In this document: one piece after another, positions 40,638-50,146 of the stretch
Layout of the letters: every line of letters begins with the position of its first letter
How positions within the stretch are numbered: position 1 is the stretch's first letter
Assembly (NCBI GenBank): GCA_038230375.1
Contig: JBBRNJ010000026.1
Location: 36,683-100,682 of the forward strand
Direction of reading: 5' to 3'
Length of the DNA: 64,000 bases
From: Polyangiales bacterium
GTDB lineage: Bacteria; Myxococcota_A; Polyangia; Polyangiales; Polyangiaceae
Position numbers and translations under genes: made by a program
Notes under the pieces: model-generated
The model's database searches: none
The model's input: the letters and a program-made list of their open reading frames with translations, nothing else
What the model was told of the DNA's origin: nothing

Positions 40638-40698
40638 GCCACCGGAGCGCGAAAGTCGGCCAGCGTATTCCCGATCCAGCTAGTCTGTTGCGCCTCCC

Positions 40699-41538
40699 AT
40701 GCCCATTGCAGACATCCGCCCCCTCATCGAAGAGACCGCCGCAGCGGCAAGGAAGCGCGCGAAGGAGACCCCCAAGATCGGGGTGGTGCTCGGTAGTGGT
40801 CTGGGCGCGTTCGCGGACACGCTCGACGACCTCGTGAAGGTTCCTTACGCGGAGCTCCCGCATTTGCCCGCATCCAAGGTCGTAGGGCACGCGGGCAATC
40901 TCTGCTTCGGGCGCGTGCGTGGGGTCCCCGTCGTTTGCATGCAAGGACGCGTGCACCTCTACGAAGGACACAGCGTCGCGCACGTGGTTCACGGCGCACG
41001 AACCATGGCGCGCCTTGGCGTGTCCACGGTGCTCATCACGAACGCGGCTGGTGGTGTGGAGCCGACATGGGCCGCAGGCGACCTGATGCTGATGACGGAT
41101 CACCTGAATTTGACCGGCCACAACCCGCTGATGGGTCCCAACGACGACACGCTGGGCCCGCGGTTCCCGGACATGACGCGCGCGTACGATCCCGCCGTGG
41201 CTGACGCGCTTCGTGCCGTCGCGAAGGAGGCGGGCCTCCCGCTGCGCGAGGGCGTCTACGCCGGGCTGCTCGGCCCCACGTACGAGACTCCGGCCGAGGT
41301 GCGGATGCTGCGGACGCTGGGCGCGCAGGCCGTGGGCATGAGCACCGTGCTGGAGACCATCGCGCTCCGTCACATGGGCGTCTTGGTCGGCGGACTGTCG
41401 TGCATCACGAACCTGGCCGCGGGGATCACGCAGGCCACGTTGAACCACGCCGAGGTCGAGGACACGGCGAAGAAGAAGCGCGGCGATCTCGTCACGCTCC
41501 TCACCGGATGGATCGAGAAAGCAGGAGCCCTGTCATGA
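40699..41538 (+). CDS. punA: Purine nucleoside phosphorylase (trimeric family)
   Basis: 'VLGSGLG', 'GRVHLYEG', 'TNAAGG', 'GPTYETPAE', 'VGMSTV', 'TNLAAG'. Confidence 0.93.
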   Translation: MPIADIRPLIEETAAAARKRAKETPKIGVVLGSGLGAFADTLDDLVKVPYAELPHLPASKVVGHAGNLCFGRVRGVPVVCMQGRVHLYEGHSVAHVVHGARTMARLGVSTVLITNAAGGVEPTWAAGDLMLMTDHLNLTGHNPLMGPNDDTLGPRFPDMTRAYDPAVADALRAVAKEAGLPLREGVYAGLLGPTYETPAEVRMLRTLGAQAVGMSTVLETIALRHMGVLVGGLSCITNLAAGITQATLNHAEVEDTAKKKRGDLVTLLTGWIEKAGALS

Positions 41539-42059
41539 GCCAGAAGAAGAAGAGCGGCACGGCGAGCAAGGCAAGCAAGGCGAGCAAGGGCGGCAAGGGA
41601 AGCAGCGGACGCGACCCCTCCAGCACGTCGGCGGAGGCGCGTGACGAGGCGGCGCAGATCGTGGCCGCGCTGGTCTCTGCGGCGAAGGACGCGCGCAAGC
41701 GGGCGTACGCGCCCTACTCCAAGTACAAGGTCGGCGCAGCGATCCTCACGGAGTCCGGTGACGTCTTCATCGGCTGCAACGTGGAGAACGCATCGTACGG
41801 CGCCACGGTCTGCGCCGAGCGCGGCGCGATCATGCAGATGGTCGCGGCGGGTGGAAAGAAGCCCGTCGCGTGTGCGGTCGTCACGCAAGGTCAGGTCGGC
41901 GGGTCGCCGTGCGGCATCTGTCGTCAGGTGCTCGCGGAGTTCTCCGAGGACATGACGGTGATCCTCGCGGGTGACGCGGGCGGTCCAGAGCACATGCGCA
42001 TCACGAGCCTCTCGGACTTGCTGCCCGACGCCTTCACCTCAAGCTCGCTGCGCCGTTGA
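41535..42059 (+). CDS. cdd: Cytidine deaminase (tetrameric type)
   Basis: 'AYAPYSKYKVGAA', 'GCNVENASYG', 'CAER', 'PCGICRQ'. Confidence 0.95.
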   Translation: MSQKKKSGTASKASKASKGGKGSSGRDPSSTSAEARDEAAQIVAALVSAAKDARKRAYAPYSKYKVGAAILTESGDVFIGCNVENASYGATVCAERGAIMQMVAAGGKKPVACAVVTQGQVGGSPCGICRQVLAEFSEDMTVILAGDAGGPEHMRITSLSDLLPDAFTSSSLRR

Positions 42060-42078
42060 CGCCAGGTAGCATCGAGGG

Positions 42079-42423
42079 ATGTTCCGGACCAAGATCACGT
42101 TCGACCACGAGGCGGTCATCCTCGACGACGAGCACGTGCCCTTCGTGACCATCGAGGACGCCAACGTCGAAGATGGGGTCCTCGTTCTGTCGATCGCGTC
42201 CGGCAACCGCCGCGTGAAGCTGAACTCCGGAGATGCGATGCTCGTCCTCGACGGGGTGCTCGACGGCATCGAGCGCGCTCACCCGAAGCCGTCGCCCTAC
42301 CGGTCTCCGAGCAACCCGGGACCTCATGTGGAGCCCGCGTCGCCCACGCATGCGAAATGGCGGCGTGCGCGAACGACGACCGCGCCCGATCTCATGATCG
42401 GTCGCACGTTCTCCGCCGGGTGA
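42079..42423 (+). CDS. Small hypothetical protein
   Basis: 114-aa ORF with coding-like codon usage. Confidence 0.55.
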   Translation: MFRTKITFDHEAVILDDEHVPFVTIEDANVEDGVLVLSIASGNRRVKLNSGDAMLVLDGVLDGIERAHPKPSPYRSPSNPGPHVEPASPTHAKWRRARTTTAPDLMIGRTFSAG

Positions 42424-42532
42424 ATCACCGACGCGCCCTTTTGGGGGCCGCTGCCCCCGCTGCTTTGGTCCGAAAACCCCGGGAATTCCGCCCTGAAAGC
42501 GGGATCCAGTAGAAAAATCCGACGTTCGTCGA

Positions 42533-42549
42533 TTGGCCCGGCTCGTGCT
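42533..42549 (+). promoter_or_regulatory. Putative sigma-54 (-24/-12) promoter
   Basis: TTGGCCCGGCTCGTGCT has GG (42535-36), N10, GC (42547-48) and resembles TGGCACG-N4-TTGCW. It ends 23 nt before the ATG. Confidence 0.6.
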
Positions 42550-42572
42550 CCAATGGTGGGGTGAGGCTGAAC

Positions 42573-44891
42573 ATGAAACGTCTGACCCAACTGACCGCGC
42601 TTTCCTTGCTGGTGGCTGCCGCGCTCATCCCGTCGACCACGGTAGCGGGCTGCGGCTCGTCGAGCTCGAACGACGGGTCCGCGAACGCTGGCGTCAGCGC
42701 CATCGTCTTCATCCAGCGTCAGCACACGGTGGTGGGCGCGAACGGTCAGGTCACGGTCGACGTCGCGGGTGGCAACGGCCAGGTGCTCGACTACGACCGC
42801 TACGTTCCGGGTGGCAAGCTCAACATCCTCTCGCCCCCGCGCTTCGACACGAAGCCCGTGAATCTCACCGCCGCGTTCCCCGACGCAGACTTCAACGGCG
42901 TGGACGTGTCGTTCGATGCGACGCAGGCCGTCTTCTCCATGAAGCGCGACGCGAACGATCACTACCACCTCTATACAGTGCAGCTCGCGGCGGCATCGGA
43001 TGGCTCCTACGAGATTCACCAGAAGACCCTGGGCGACTACGACGACATCAACCCGATCTACATCGCGGGTGCACGCATCGCGTTCACCACGAACCAGATG
43101 TACACGCAGATGGGCACGCGCGCGGACGAGTACGAGCACGGTCGCGCCGTCACGCAGCTCGCCACCATCTCCGTCGCCGGCGGCGATGCGGATCGTCGCT
43201 TCGCGTCGCAGAACCTCTCGCACACGGTCGCGCCCTTCCTCCGATCGGACGGCAAGATCGGCTACTGCCGCTGGGAGCACCTTGGCGGCGTCAACGACGT
43301 GAAGCTCTTCGCCGCGAACCCCGACGGCACGCAGATGGTCGCGGTCAGCGGCCAGCACGGCAAGTCGTTCAACTCGCTCTTCACGCCCAAGGAGCTGAAG
43401 CCGAACGTCATGATCGGCATCGCGACCACGCGTAACCGCACCATCCACGCCGGCGCCATCGTCCAGATCGACGCCCGCAACCAGAACGATCCGAACTGCC
43501 TCGACGACGCCGCGGACCACACGGGCCACGCATGCCTCGACGAGGAGAACGTGAAGTTCGATGTCCTCTCGCCCGACGTCCCCACCGGCAACAGCGTGTC
43601 TCCGGTCGGCCGGTACCGCGAACCGAACCTGCTCCCCGACGGCCGCATCCTGGTCTCCTGGGCCGACGGCGCGGTGAACGACTCGAACGAGATCTCGGCC
43701 ACGCCGCCGGACTTCGGTGTCTACATCTTCGACCCGGCGACCAAGAAGAACCAGCTCGTCTACAACGATTCCGCAGTCTGGGATCTGGGCGCGGTCCCCG
43801 TGGCCGTACGCAAGGAGCCGCCGGTCATCGGTGACCTGGTGAGCGCGCAGGCCGACAAGAGCCTTCCGGTTCGCATCGGCTCCATCAACGTTCGTCAGAC
43901 CAGCCTCACCGAGACGGTCACCGGCGCGCAGTTCGACGGCACGCCGCTCGCGATGGCACTCAACGAGGCCGTGAAGGTCCGCATCATCGAGGGCTTCTCG
44001 AGCGAGGCCGCGAAGGGCGTGACCATGTTCGGTCTGACGATGGACGAAGGCGCCGCCGTCCTGGGCGAGGCCACCGTCTATCCCGACGGCAGCTGGCTCG
44101 CCAACGTGCCGCCATACATCCCGATGCACATGCAGCCCATCGACAAGTGGGGCATGGCCATCCGCAACCAGCGTCTCTGGATCCAGGGCATGCCTGGCGA
44201 GGATCGTCGCTGCGTCGGCTGCCACGAGAGCCGCACGGGCGCCTCTCCGGCGCGCTCTGGTCCCACGCTCGCGGAGCAGGCACAGGCGCAGAACTTCATC
44301 TCGCAGATCAAGGATCGCGCAGAGTATCCCTGGGCGAGCACCGCGAAGTACCCGGCCACCAATCCGGCGAACGTGATGCAGACGCTCCTCGACACGAAGT
44401 GCGGCAACTGCCACGACGGCGGCATGGGTGACCCGTTCGCGGGCAAGGTGTACACCGTCACGCAGACGGATCCGGCCACGGGAATGAGCTCGATGTACTC
44501 GATCCCGTACCTGAACCTGAGCAGCACGGACATCACGGTCGTGTATGACCGGAAGCAAGCGACCTACCCGATGAGCTACGTCTCGCTGTTCTACCCCGCG
44601 GCGATGATGATGGGCATGAACACCAAGGTGGCGGGCGAGCAGCCCAAGCTCTGGGCCGTTCCGAACAGCTCGCGCACGTCCGCGCTCATCTCGAAGCTCA
44701 ACGTGAAGGCGGCGGACGGGTCGCTGGCGTTCAAGGGCGCCATGCACCCCGAAGACAAGGGCGTGACGCTCACCAATGACGAGCGCCAGATGCTCATCCG
44801 CTCGATCGACCTGGGCGGTCAGTTCTACGCGCGTCAGAACACGGGCTTTGTGCCCTATGCGCAAGATCCCCTCACAACCGAGACCCACTGA
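42573..44891 (+). CDS. Hydrazine synthase alpha-subunit-like lipoprotein (beta-propeller, HZS-alpha-like middle domain, two CXXCH)
   Basis: Lipobox 'VAGC'. Propeller blades 'DVSFDATQAVFS', 'YREPNLLPDGRILVSW'. 'VLGEATVYPDGSWLANVPP...QPIDKWGMAI...WIQGMPGEDRRCVGCHE'. 'CGNCH'. Confidence 0.8.
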   Translation: MKRLTQLTALSLLVAAALIPSTTVAGCGSSSSNDGSANAGVSAIVFIQRQHTVVGANGQVTVDVAGGNGQVLDYDRYVPGGKLNILSPPRFDTKPVNLTAAFPDADFNGVDVSFDATQAVFSMKRDANDHYHLYTVQLAAASDGSYEIHQKTLGDYDDINPIYIAGARIAFTTNQMYTQMGTRADEYEHGRAVTQLATISVAGGDADRRFASQNLSHTVAPFLRSDGKIGYCRWEHLGGVNDVKLFAANPDGTQMVAVSGQHGKSFNSLFTPKELKPNVMIGIATTRNRTIHAGAIVQIDARNQNDPNCLDDAADHTGHACLDEENVKFDVLSPDVPTGNSVSPVGRYREPNLLPDGRILVSWADGAVNDSNEISATPPDFGVYIFDPATKKNQLVYNDSAVWDLGAVPVAVRKEPPVIGDLVSAQADKSLPVRIGSINVRQTSLTETVTGAQFDGTPLAMALNEAVKVRIIEGFSSEAAKGVTMFGLTMDEGAAVLGEATVYPDGSWLANVPPYIPMHMQPIDKWGMAIRNQRLWIQGMPGEDRRCVGCHESRTGASPARSGPTLAEQAQAQNFISQIKDRAEYPWASTAKYPATNPANVMQTLLDTKCGNCHDGGMGDPFAGKVYTVTQTDPATGMSSMYSIPYLNLSSTDITVVYDRKQATYPMSYVSLFYPAAMMMGMNTKVAGEQPKLWAVPNSSRTSALISKLNVKAADGSLAFKGAMHPEDKGVTLTNDERQMLIRSIDLGGQFYARQNTGFVPYAQDPLTTETH

Positions 44892-44903
44892 AGGAGGCGC
44901 ATC

Positions 44904-45818
44904 ATGAAGAACCGTATCAAGTTCGCAACGACCGCCCTCTTCGCAACCACCCTCGCTGTGCTCGCCGGTAACGACGCGCACAGCGACGCAGGCACCAACG
45001 TCTCGGGCACGCAGTCCATCTATGGCAACATCCCCAGCGACCAGGCGGAGTTCATCTCCACGCCCGATCGCATCAAGGCTGTCGTTGCCAGCGGCTCCAT
45101 GAGCGCCATCTACGAGACCCTCGAGCACGGCGAGCGCGTGGACTGCCTGGACTGCATCCCTGCGGTGAAGCCGCTGCTCTACAGCTCTGACCCCCATACG
45201 CGCGAGATCGCGGCATGGTGGCTGCGTCGCCGCATGTTCGGTGTCTTCGGTCCGGGGCAGCCATACCAGGAGAACCTGCAGAAGCTCGCGTCCGATCCCG
45301 ACCCCAACATCCGCGCATACGCGGCCGACGCCGTGGGCGAGTTCCTCTCGTCCGCGGGCTCCGACAACCTTGCCACCGCGGCCACGAAGGACACGGACGG
45401 CATGGTGCGCGCGGCGGCCGTGAAGGCGCTCGCTCGCATGAACGACGACGGCACCGGCACTGTTGGCAAGGCCATGGCGGACGGCGATCCGCGCGTGCGT
45501 CTCGCTGCGCTCGCTGCTGCGGGTCGCATCCATGGGTTCGCCGAAGGCGAGAAGGTCGCGCCGCTCGTGACCGATCAGGATCCGATCATCCGTCGTCGCG
45601 CGGCAGAGGTGCTTGGCACGCTGCACGTGAAGACGTCGGTCCCGCAGCTCCGCACGGCAGCGAAGTCGGACGCGGATCCGCAGGTGCGTGCGGCGGCGTG
45701 CCACACGCTGGGCCGGCTCGGCGATGCGACCGCCAAGGCGGACCTCCAGGCGATCGCCACCAACGACGCGGACGGGTTCGTGCGCGACATGGCGCAGATG
45801 GCTCTGCTTCGCCTGTAG
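44904..45818 (+). CDS. Exported HEAT-repeat protein
   Basis: Signal peptide, 'CLDC', repeated 'D.D..VR..A..ALG' HEAT units. Confidence 0.85.
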   Translation: MKNRIKFATTALFATTLAVLAGNDAHSDAGTNVSGTQSIYGNIPSDQAEFISTPDRIKAVVASGSMSAIYETLEHGERVDCLDCIPAVKPLLYSSDPHTREIAAWWLRRRMFGVFGPGQPYQENLQKLASDPDPNIRAYAADAVGEFLSSAGSDNLATAATKDTDGMVRAAAVKALARMNDDGTGTVGKAMADGDPRVRLAALAAAGRIHGFAEGEKVAPLVTDQDPIIRRRAAEVLGTLHVKTSVPQLRTAAKSDADPQVRAAACHTLGRLGDATAKADLQAIATNDADGFVRDMAQMALLRL

Positions 45819-45842
45819 CGGGTTCGCTATACTGGCCCTGCA

Positions 45843-48800
45843 ATGCGAACTCAGAACGAGAGCTCCCGCGTGAACACGCGCGGGAGCTGGGCGCTGTCGC
45901 TCGGCACAGTGGTGATCGTGGCAAGCTTCGGGCTGCTGGCGCTCGCGCCTGCGTGCACCACAACGCAGCCGCCGTCATCCACGTACTTCGAGCGCACCAT
46001 CTCTCCGGTCCTCACCACGTCGTGCGTGCGCACCAACACGGGCGCGGGCTGTCACGTTGCGAGCGACAAGGGCAACGCGCTCGGTAACCTGGACGTGTCG
46101 CTCTACTCACAGCTCGAGAAGCGACGCGACTTGCTCCTGAACTACGGGCCCTACGGGCAGCCCGCGTTCCTGGTGAAGAACGTTGCGCCGTTCTCCATCG
46201 ACGTGCAGTCATTCGACGGCACCAAGACCACGATTGTCACCGACATCAAGCACGCCGGCGGCCCCATCCTCGACGCCACAGCGAGCGGCTATCAGGTGCT
46301 GCGCCGCTGGATCGACAACGGCGCGTCCGAGAACAACACGGGCGTGCTGCCGCCCGCGTTCGACAAGCTGCCGTGCGTGACGCTGGTCCCGGTGGTGGCC
46401 GGCTTCGACCCCACGAAGGATCCGCCGAACCCAGACTTTGCGCTCTTCCGCGACAAGGCGAACGGTCCCATGGTGGCGGCGTGTGCTGCCGGAAACTGCC
46501 ACGGCACGCAGGCGAACCAGCTGTATCTCACGTGCGGGAGCTCGCCCGACCAGGTCCGCTGGAACTACTTCGTCGCCGCCGACTACGTGGGCAAGAGCCC
46601 CGACCAGAGCGAGATCCTGCGTCGTCCGCTCGCGCCTTCACAGGGCGGCAGCTTCCACGAGGGTGGCATCGTCTATCCGACCGCGCAGGACTCCACGTAC
46701 CAGGCCGTGAGCGAGTGGGCCGCAGCGCATGGTCCGCCGGACACAAGCAAGCTCTCCAAGAACTTCCTCTTCTTCGCGAACCGCGTGCAGCCGGTGCTCG
46801 TGAAGAAGGGCTGCATGATGATCCAGTGCCACTCGGCGTCCATGTTCCACGACTACCGTCTGCGTGGGGGTGCCGGTGGCGCGTTCTCGCTCTCTGCAAC
46901 GCGGAGGAACTATGACCTCTCGTTCGCGCAGCTGAATCCCGAGAGCCACGACGCCGACGCAAGCCGCATCATCCGCAAGAACCTGTACCGGCCTGACGCA
47001 TGCGGTGTAGCGGGCTGTGACACGGCGGTCGGCATTGCCCACCGCGGCGGTCCGCTGCTCGAGGACTTTGGTCAGGAGCGCGCCACGCAGGCAGCGTGCG
47101 ACAAGGCCATGCCGGCGCACGACTACGACAAGGGCGACCTCAACACGATCCCGGCGTACTGCGTCCTCACGGAGTGGCTCAAGCGCGAGACCGCAGAATT
47201 GAAGCTCACCACGCTCTCTGCCATCGCCTACGTCTCGCGTCCTCCCGCGCCGTCGCTGCGCGTGCAGGATTTCGACGTGTACACGCCCGGCGCGGATCTC
47301 CGCATCGCGAAGGCTACGATGGCGGGCGGTACCGTCACGCTGGACACGGACGCGTCGGTGACGACCGGCTGCGGTCTCGCCACGGCCACGGCGGATATTC
47401 GCCGCCCCGCGGTCTCGTGGGACGGAACCAAGATCGCGTTCGCCGCGCGAAGCTCCGCCGCAGAGCCGCTCGCGATGTACGAGATGAAGTCCGACGGAAC
47501 GGGCTGCGCGAAGCACGCCGGGATCAATGCGGGTCCGCCGTCCGTGAACGGAATCCTCGTCCACAACTTTGATCCGGCCTACACGTCGAGCGGCGAGATC
47601 GTCTTCGCGTCCACGCGCGGCAACCTCAAGACGGACCCGTACGACTACCACGGACCGCAGCGGACCCCGGCCGACCCCACCAAGCCGAACTCGAACATCT
47701 ATGTCTTCCGCGCCGCCGCCAGCGGGAGCGGTCCGCAGGGCGTGAGCCAGCTCACGTATCTGCTCAACATGGAGCGCTACCCCAGTCTCATGAGTGACGG
47801 TCGCGTGATCATGACAACGGAGAAGCGGGAGCCCGGCTTCTACCAGCTGGCGCTTCGCCGCGTGAACATCGACGGCGGCGACTATCACCCGCTCTACGCG
47901 CAGCGCGGGACCATTGGCTACCAGCAGGCCACGCGCGTGGTGGAGCTGTCGGACAAGAACTTCGCGACCATCCTCAACGACACCGGCGCCAAGGGCGAGG
48001 GCGGCGCGCTTGCGGTGTTCAATCGCTCCATCGGAGTGGACTTCACCAGCGCAAATCCAGCCGACTACACGATCGACCCGAGCGTGATCGATCCCGCAGC
48101 GCCCGCGTCTCCAGAGCCCGGATTCTTCCTGCACTCGCTCAAGTTCCCGGACGCGACCGTGAGCGGCCACCCCGGCAAGCCGACGACCGGCCTGTATGCG
48201 TCGCCGTCGCCGTTGCCGAACGGGTACATCCTGGCGAGCTTCGGCGCCGCATCGGACGCGGGCTCGTTCGGCGGTGACTACGATCTCTATGTCGTGAACC
48301 CGTCCAACGGGCAGAAGACGAAGGTCATCGGCGTTGCGGGCACGGCCGAGATCGAGGGCGTTGCCGTGTATCAACGCACGCCGCGCGTAGAGTTCCTCTC
48401 CGCACCCAACGAGCCGAACGGTGTGACCGTCATTCACCCGGAGCGCACCGAGGCAGACGTCACCGTCCTGGATTTCCAGATCTTCGGCTCGCTCGTGTTC
48501 CAGAACACGCCCACAGGCCGCGTCATCGAGGACTTCACCTCCGTGGACGTTTTCGAGGAGCTACCACCGCCGGTCACCATGGACACGTTCGACAAGGCGC
48601 CCGCGGGCAGCCTTGCCACCGACCCGTTCGGCAAGGTGTTCGTTTCGCGCCGCCTCATCGGAGCGGTTCCGCTCGCGAAGGACGGCTCCGCACACTTCCA
48701 GATCCCGGGCGGCGTACCGTTCGTGCTCCACCTGCCCGATACGGACCTCTCCAAGCAGAACAACCTGCCGCGCTTCCAGCGCGAGGAGATGATGTTCGCG

Positions 48801-49019
48801 CCGGGCGAGTACGTGCACCAGTCGTTCAAGCGCCAGTTCTTCGACGGCCTGTGCGCGAACTGTCACGCGTCGCTCTCCGGGCGCGGTCTGGATACCGCGC
48901 TCAAGCCCGATATGCTGTCGCAGGCATCCTCCACGCTCGCGCGTGATCTCGCGCCCGTCCCGCTCAACCTGCCACCGAACGCACGCGGCAGCCTCGTGGG
49001 CCCTCCCGCCACACCGTAG
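45843..49019 (+). CDS. Multihaem cytochrome c lipoprotein with TolB-like propeller and HZS-alpha-like domain
   Basis: Lipobox 'APAC'. Motifs CX8CH, CX4CH, CX4CH, CXXCH. 'RRPAVSWDGTKIAFA'. 'GAVPLAKDGSAHFQIPGGVPF...MFAPGE'. Confidence 0.75.
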   Translation: MRTQNESSRVNTRGSWALSLGTVVIVASFGLLALAPACTTTQPPSSTYFERTISPVLTTSCVRTNTGAGCHVASDKGNALGNLDVSLYSQLEKRRDLLLNYGPYGQPAFLVKNVAPFSIDVQSFDGTKTTIVTDIKHAGGPILDATASGYQVLRRWIDNGASENNTGVLPPAFDKLPCVTLVPVVAGFDPTKDPPNPDFALFRDKANGPMVAACAAGNCHGTQANQLYLTCGSSPDQVRWNYFVAADYVGKSPDQSEILRRPLAPSQGGSFHEGGIVYPTAQDSTYQAVSEWAAAHGPPDTSKLSKNFLFFANRVQPVLVKKGCMMIQCHSASMFHDYRLRGGAGGAFSLSATRRNYDLSFAQLNPESHDADASRIIRKNLYRPDACGVAGCDTAVGIAHRGGPLLEDFGQERATQAACDKAMPAHDYDKGDLNTIPAYCVLTEWLKRETAELKLTTLSAIAYVSRPPAPSLRVQDFDVYTPGADLRIAKATMAGGTVTLDTDASVTTGCGLATATADIRRPAVSWDGTKIAFAARSSAAEPLAMYEMKSDGTGCAKHAGINAGPPSVNGILVHNFDPAYTSSGEIVFASTRGNLKTDPYDYHGPQRTPADPTKPNSNIYVFRAAASGSGPQGVSQLTYLLNMERYPSLMSDGRVIMTTEKREPGFYQLALRRVNIDGGDYHPLYAQRGTIGYQQATRVVELSDKNFATILNDTGAKGEGGALAVFNRSIGVDFTSANPADYTIDPSVIDPAAPASPEPGFFLHSLKFPDATVSGHPGKPTTGLYASPSPLPNGYILASFGAASDAGSFGGDYDLYVVNPSNGQKTKVIGVAGTAEIEGVAVYQRTPRVEFLSAPNEPNGVTVIHPERTEADVTVLDFQIFGSLVFQNTPTGRVIEDFTSVDVFEELPPPVTMDTFDKAPAGSLATDPFGKVFVSRRLIGAVPLAKDGSAHFQIPGGVPFVLHLPDTDLSKQNNLPRFQREEMMFAPGEYVHQSFKRQFFDGLCANCHASLSGRGLDTALKPDMLSQASSTLARDLAPVPLNLPPNARGSLVGPPATP

Positions 49020-49025
49020 AGCTGA

Positions 49026-50123
49026 TCAGAAGACGCCGCTCTTTCTTGCGACCATGTGCACCAGCATCACGAGCAGGAAGAGTGGCGCCAGGTAGAGGGT
49101 CGCGAAGAGCGCTCCTCGTCCGAGTGCTCGCGGTAGATCGCCCTGGCAGGTGTCGTCGTTCGTCGCCAGCTTGAGCGCGCGGATGATGAGCAGGTAGGCC
49201 AGCGTGAAGAGCGCAGGGATCACGAGCTCCACCAGGAGCCACGCCATCAGCACCGCTCCGCCCGCAAGCAAGATGGCGCCGACGATGAAGAGGCAGCCCT
49301 CGCCCGCGTCGCCAAGACCGCTGAGATCTCCGATGCCGCTCAGCCCATCGAACCAGGAGCCGCCACCGCTGCTCTTCTTGTCCTTCTTGTCCCTCTTGTC
49401 CCTCTTGTCCTTCTTGCTCTTTCCCTGCGTCTTGCTGCCCTGCTGCTCTGGCGCGGGTGAGCCCGTCTTCTTCTTCAGGAACCAGAGGGAGGGGCCGAAC
49501 CGGTGATCATCCGAGATGCGACCGCCGCGATGCAGGACGAACGCAAGCACGCCCGCCCATGCGAGCCACGACACCAGGAGGACGATCTCCGCTTCCACCC
49601 AGCGCGGGAGGTGCATCGCGAACGGCGCTGCCAGCGAGCTCCACACGAGGCACATGAGCAGCGTGAACGCCGTCAGCCTTCCCGAGACCGGCGGTAGCCG
49701 CAGCACCACCGTGCGCCTCGCCATCTGACGGTATGGACCGGCCGCGTCGCGCGCCTCCTCGTCCGAGACCTGGCCGACCTCGCGCGGCTCCACGCGCAAG
49801 CCCGCGCGCTTGCGCGAGACCACGAATCCCGCGACGCCGATGGAGATGAGCGCCGCGAGTCCGTAGACGAACCAGCTGGGTTCACCAGACGCGCGCAGCT
49901 CCGCCTTCGCGAACGCGAAAGACCCAAGGCCCGTGGCCACGAGCACCGCGCCTGCAAAGCCCCACGGACGTCCGACCTGTGCGCGCTCCATTCCAGCGCA
50001 GCCCGCGCACGCAACGAGCCCGTCCACCAGCGACGGGAGACACGCATCGCAGAAGGGACGGCCACATCGACTGCAGGGCGCGAGCGACGCCACTTCCGGA
50101 TGCGTATCGCACGGGCTGTCCAT
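49026..50123 (-). CDS. Membrane protein with N-terminal B-box-type zinc finger
   Basis: 'CDTHP...CSRCGRPFCDACL', several TM helices, K/D-rich loop. Confidence 0.7.
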   Translation of the reverse strand: MDSPCDTHPEVASLAPCSRCGRPFCDACLPSLVDGLVACAGCAGMERAQVGRPWGFAGAVLVATGLGSFAFAKAELRASGEPSWFVYGLAALISIGVAGFVVSRKRAGLRVEPREVGQVSDEEARDAAGPYRQMARRTVVLRLPPVSGRLTAFTLLMCLVWSSLAAPFAMHLPRWVEAEIVLLVSWLAWAGVLAFVLHRGGRISDDHRFGPSLWFLKKKTGSPAPEQQGSKTQGKSKKDKRDKRDKKDKKSSGGGSWFDGLSGIGDLSGLGDAGEGCLFIVGAILLAGGAVLMAWLLVELVIPALFTLAYLLIIRALKLATNDDTCQGDLPRALGRGALFATLYLAPLFLLVMLVHMVARKSGVF

Positions 50124-50146
50124 GCCGTGAGCCTATCCGGGTGGAG

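Noticed and set aside
42443..42466. Intrinsic terminator after 42079-42423
   Set aside because: GGGGG-N6-CCCCC stem is short and not directly followed by a U-tract.
42324..45704. 1126-aa minus-strand ORF and similar long antisense ORFs (19986-22688, 39316-41448, 14981-16792, 6436-8160)
   Set aside because: These are shadow frames of real genes in high-GC DNA, with Arg/Ala/Gly-rich text and no motifs.
42573..49019. Anammox hydrazine synthase (hzsABC)
   Set aside because: No hzsB/hzsC, hao or other anammox genes are in the window and the context is myxobacterial. Only the alpha-like architecture is shared.
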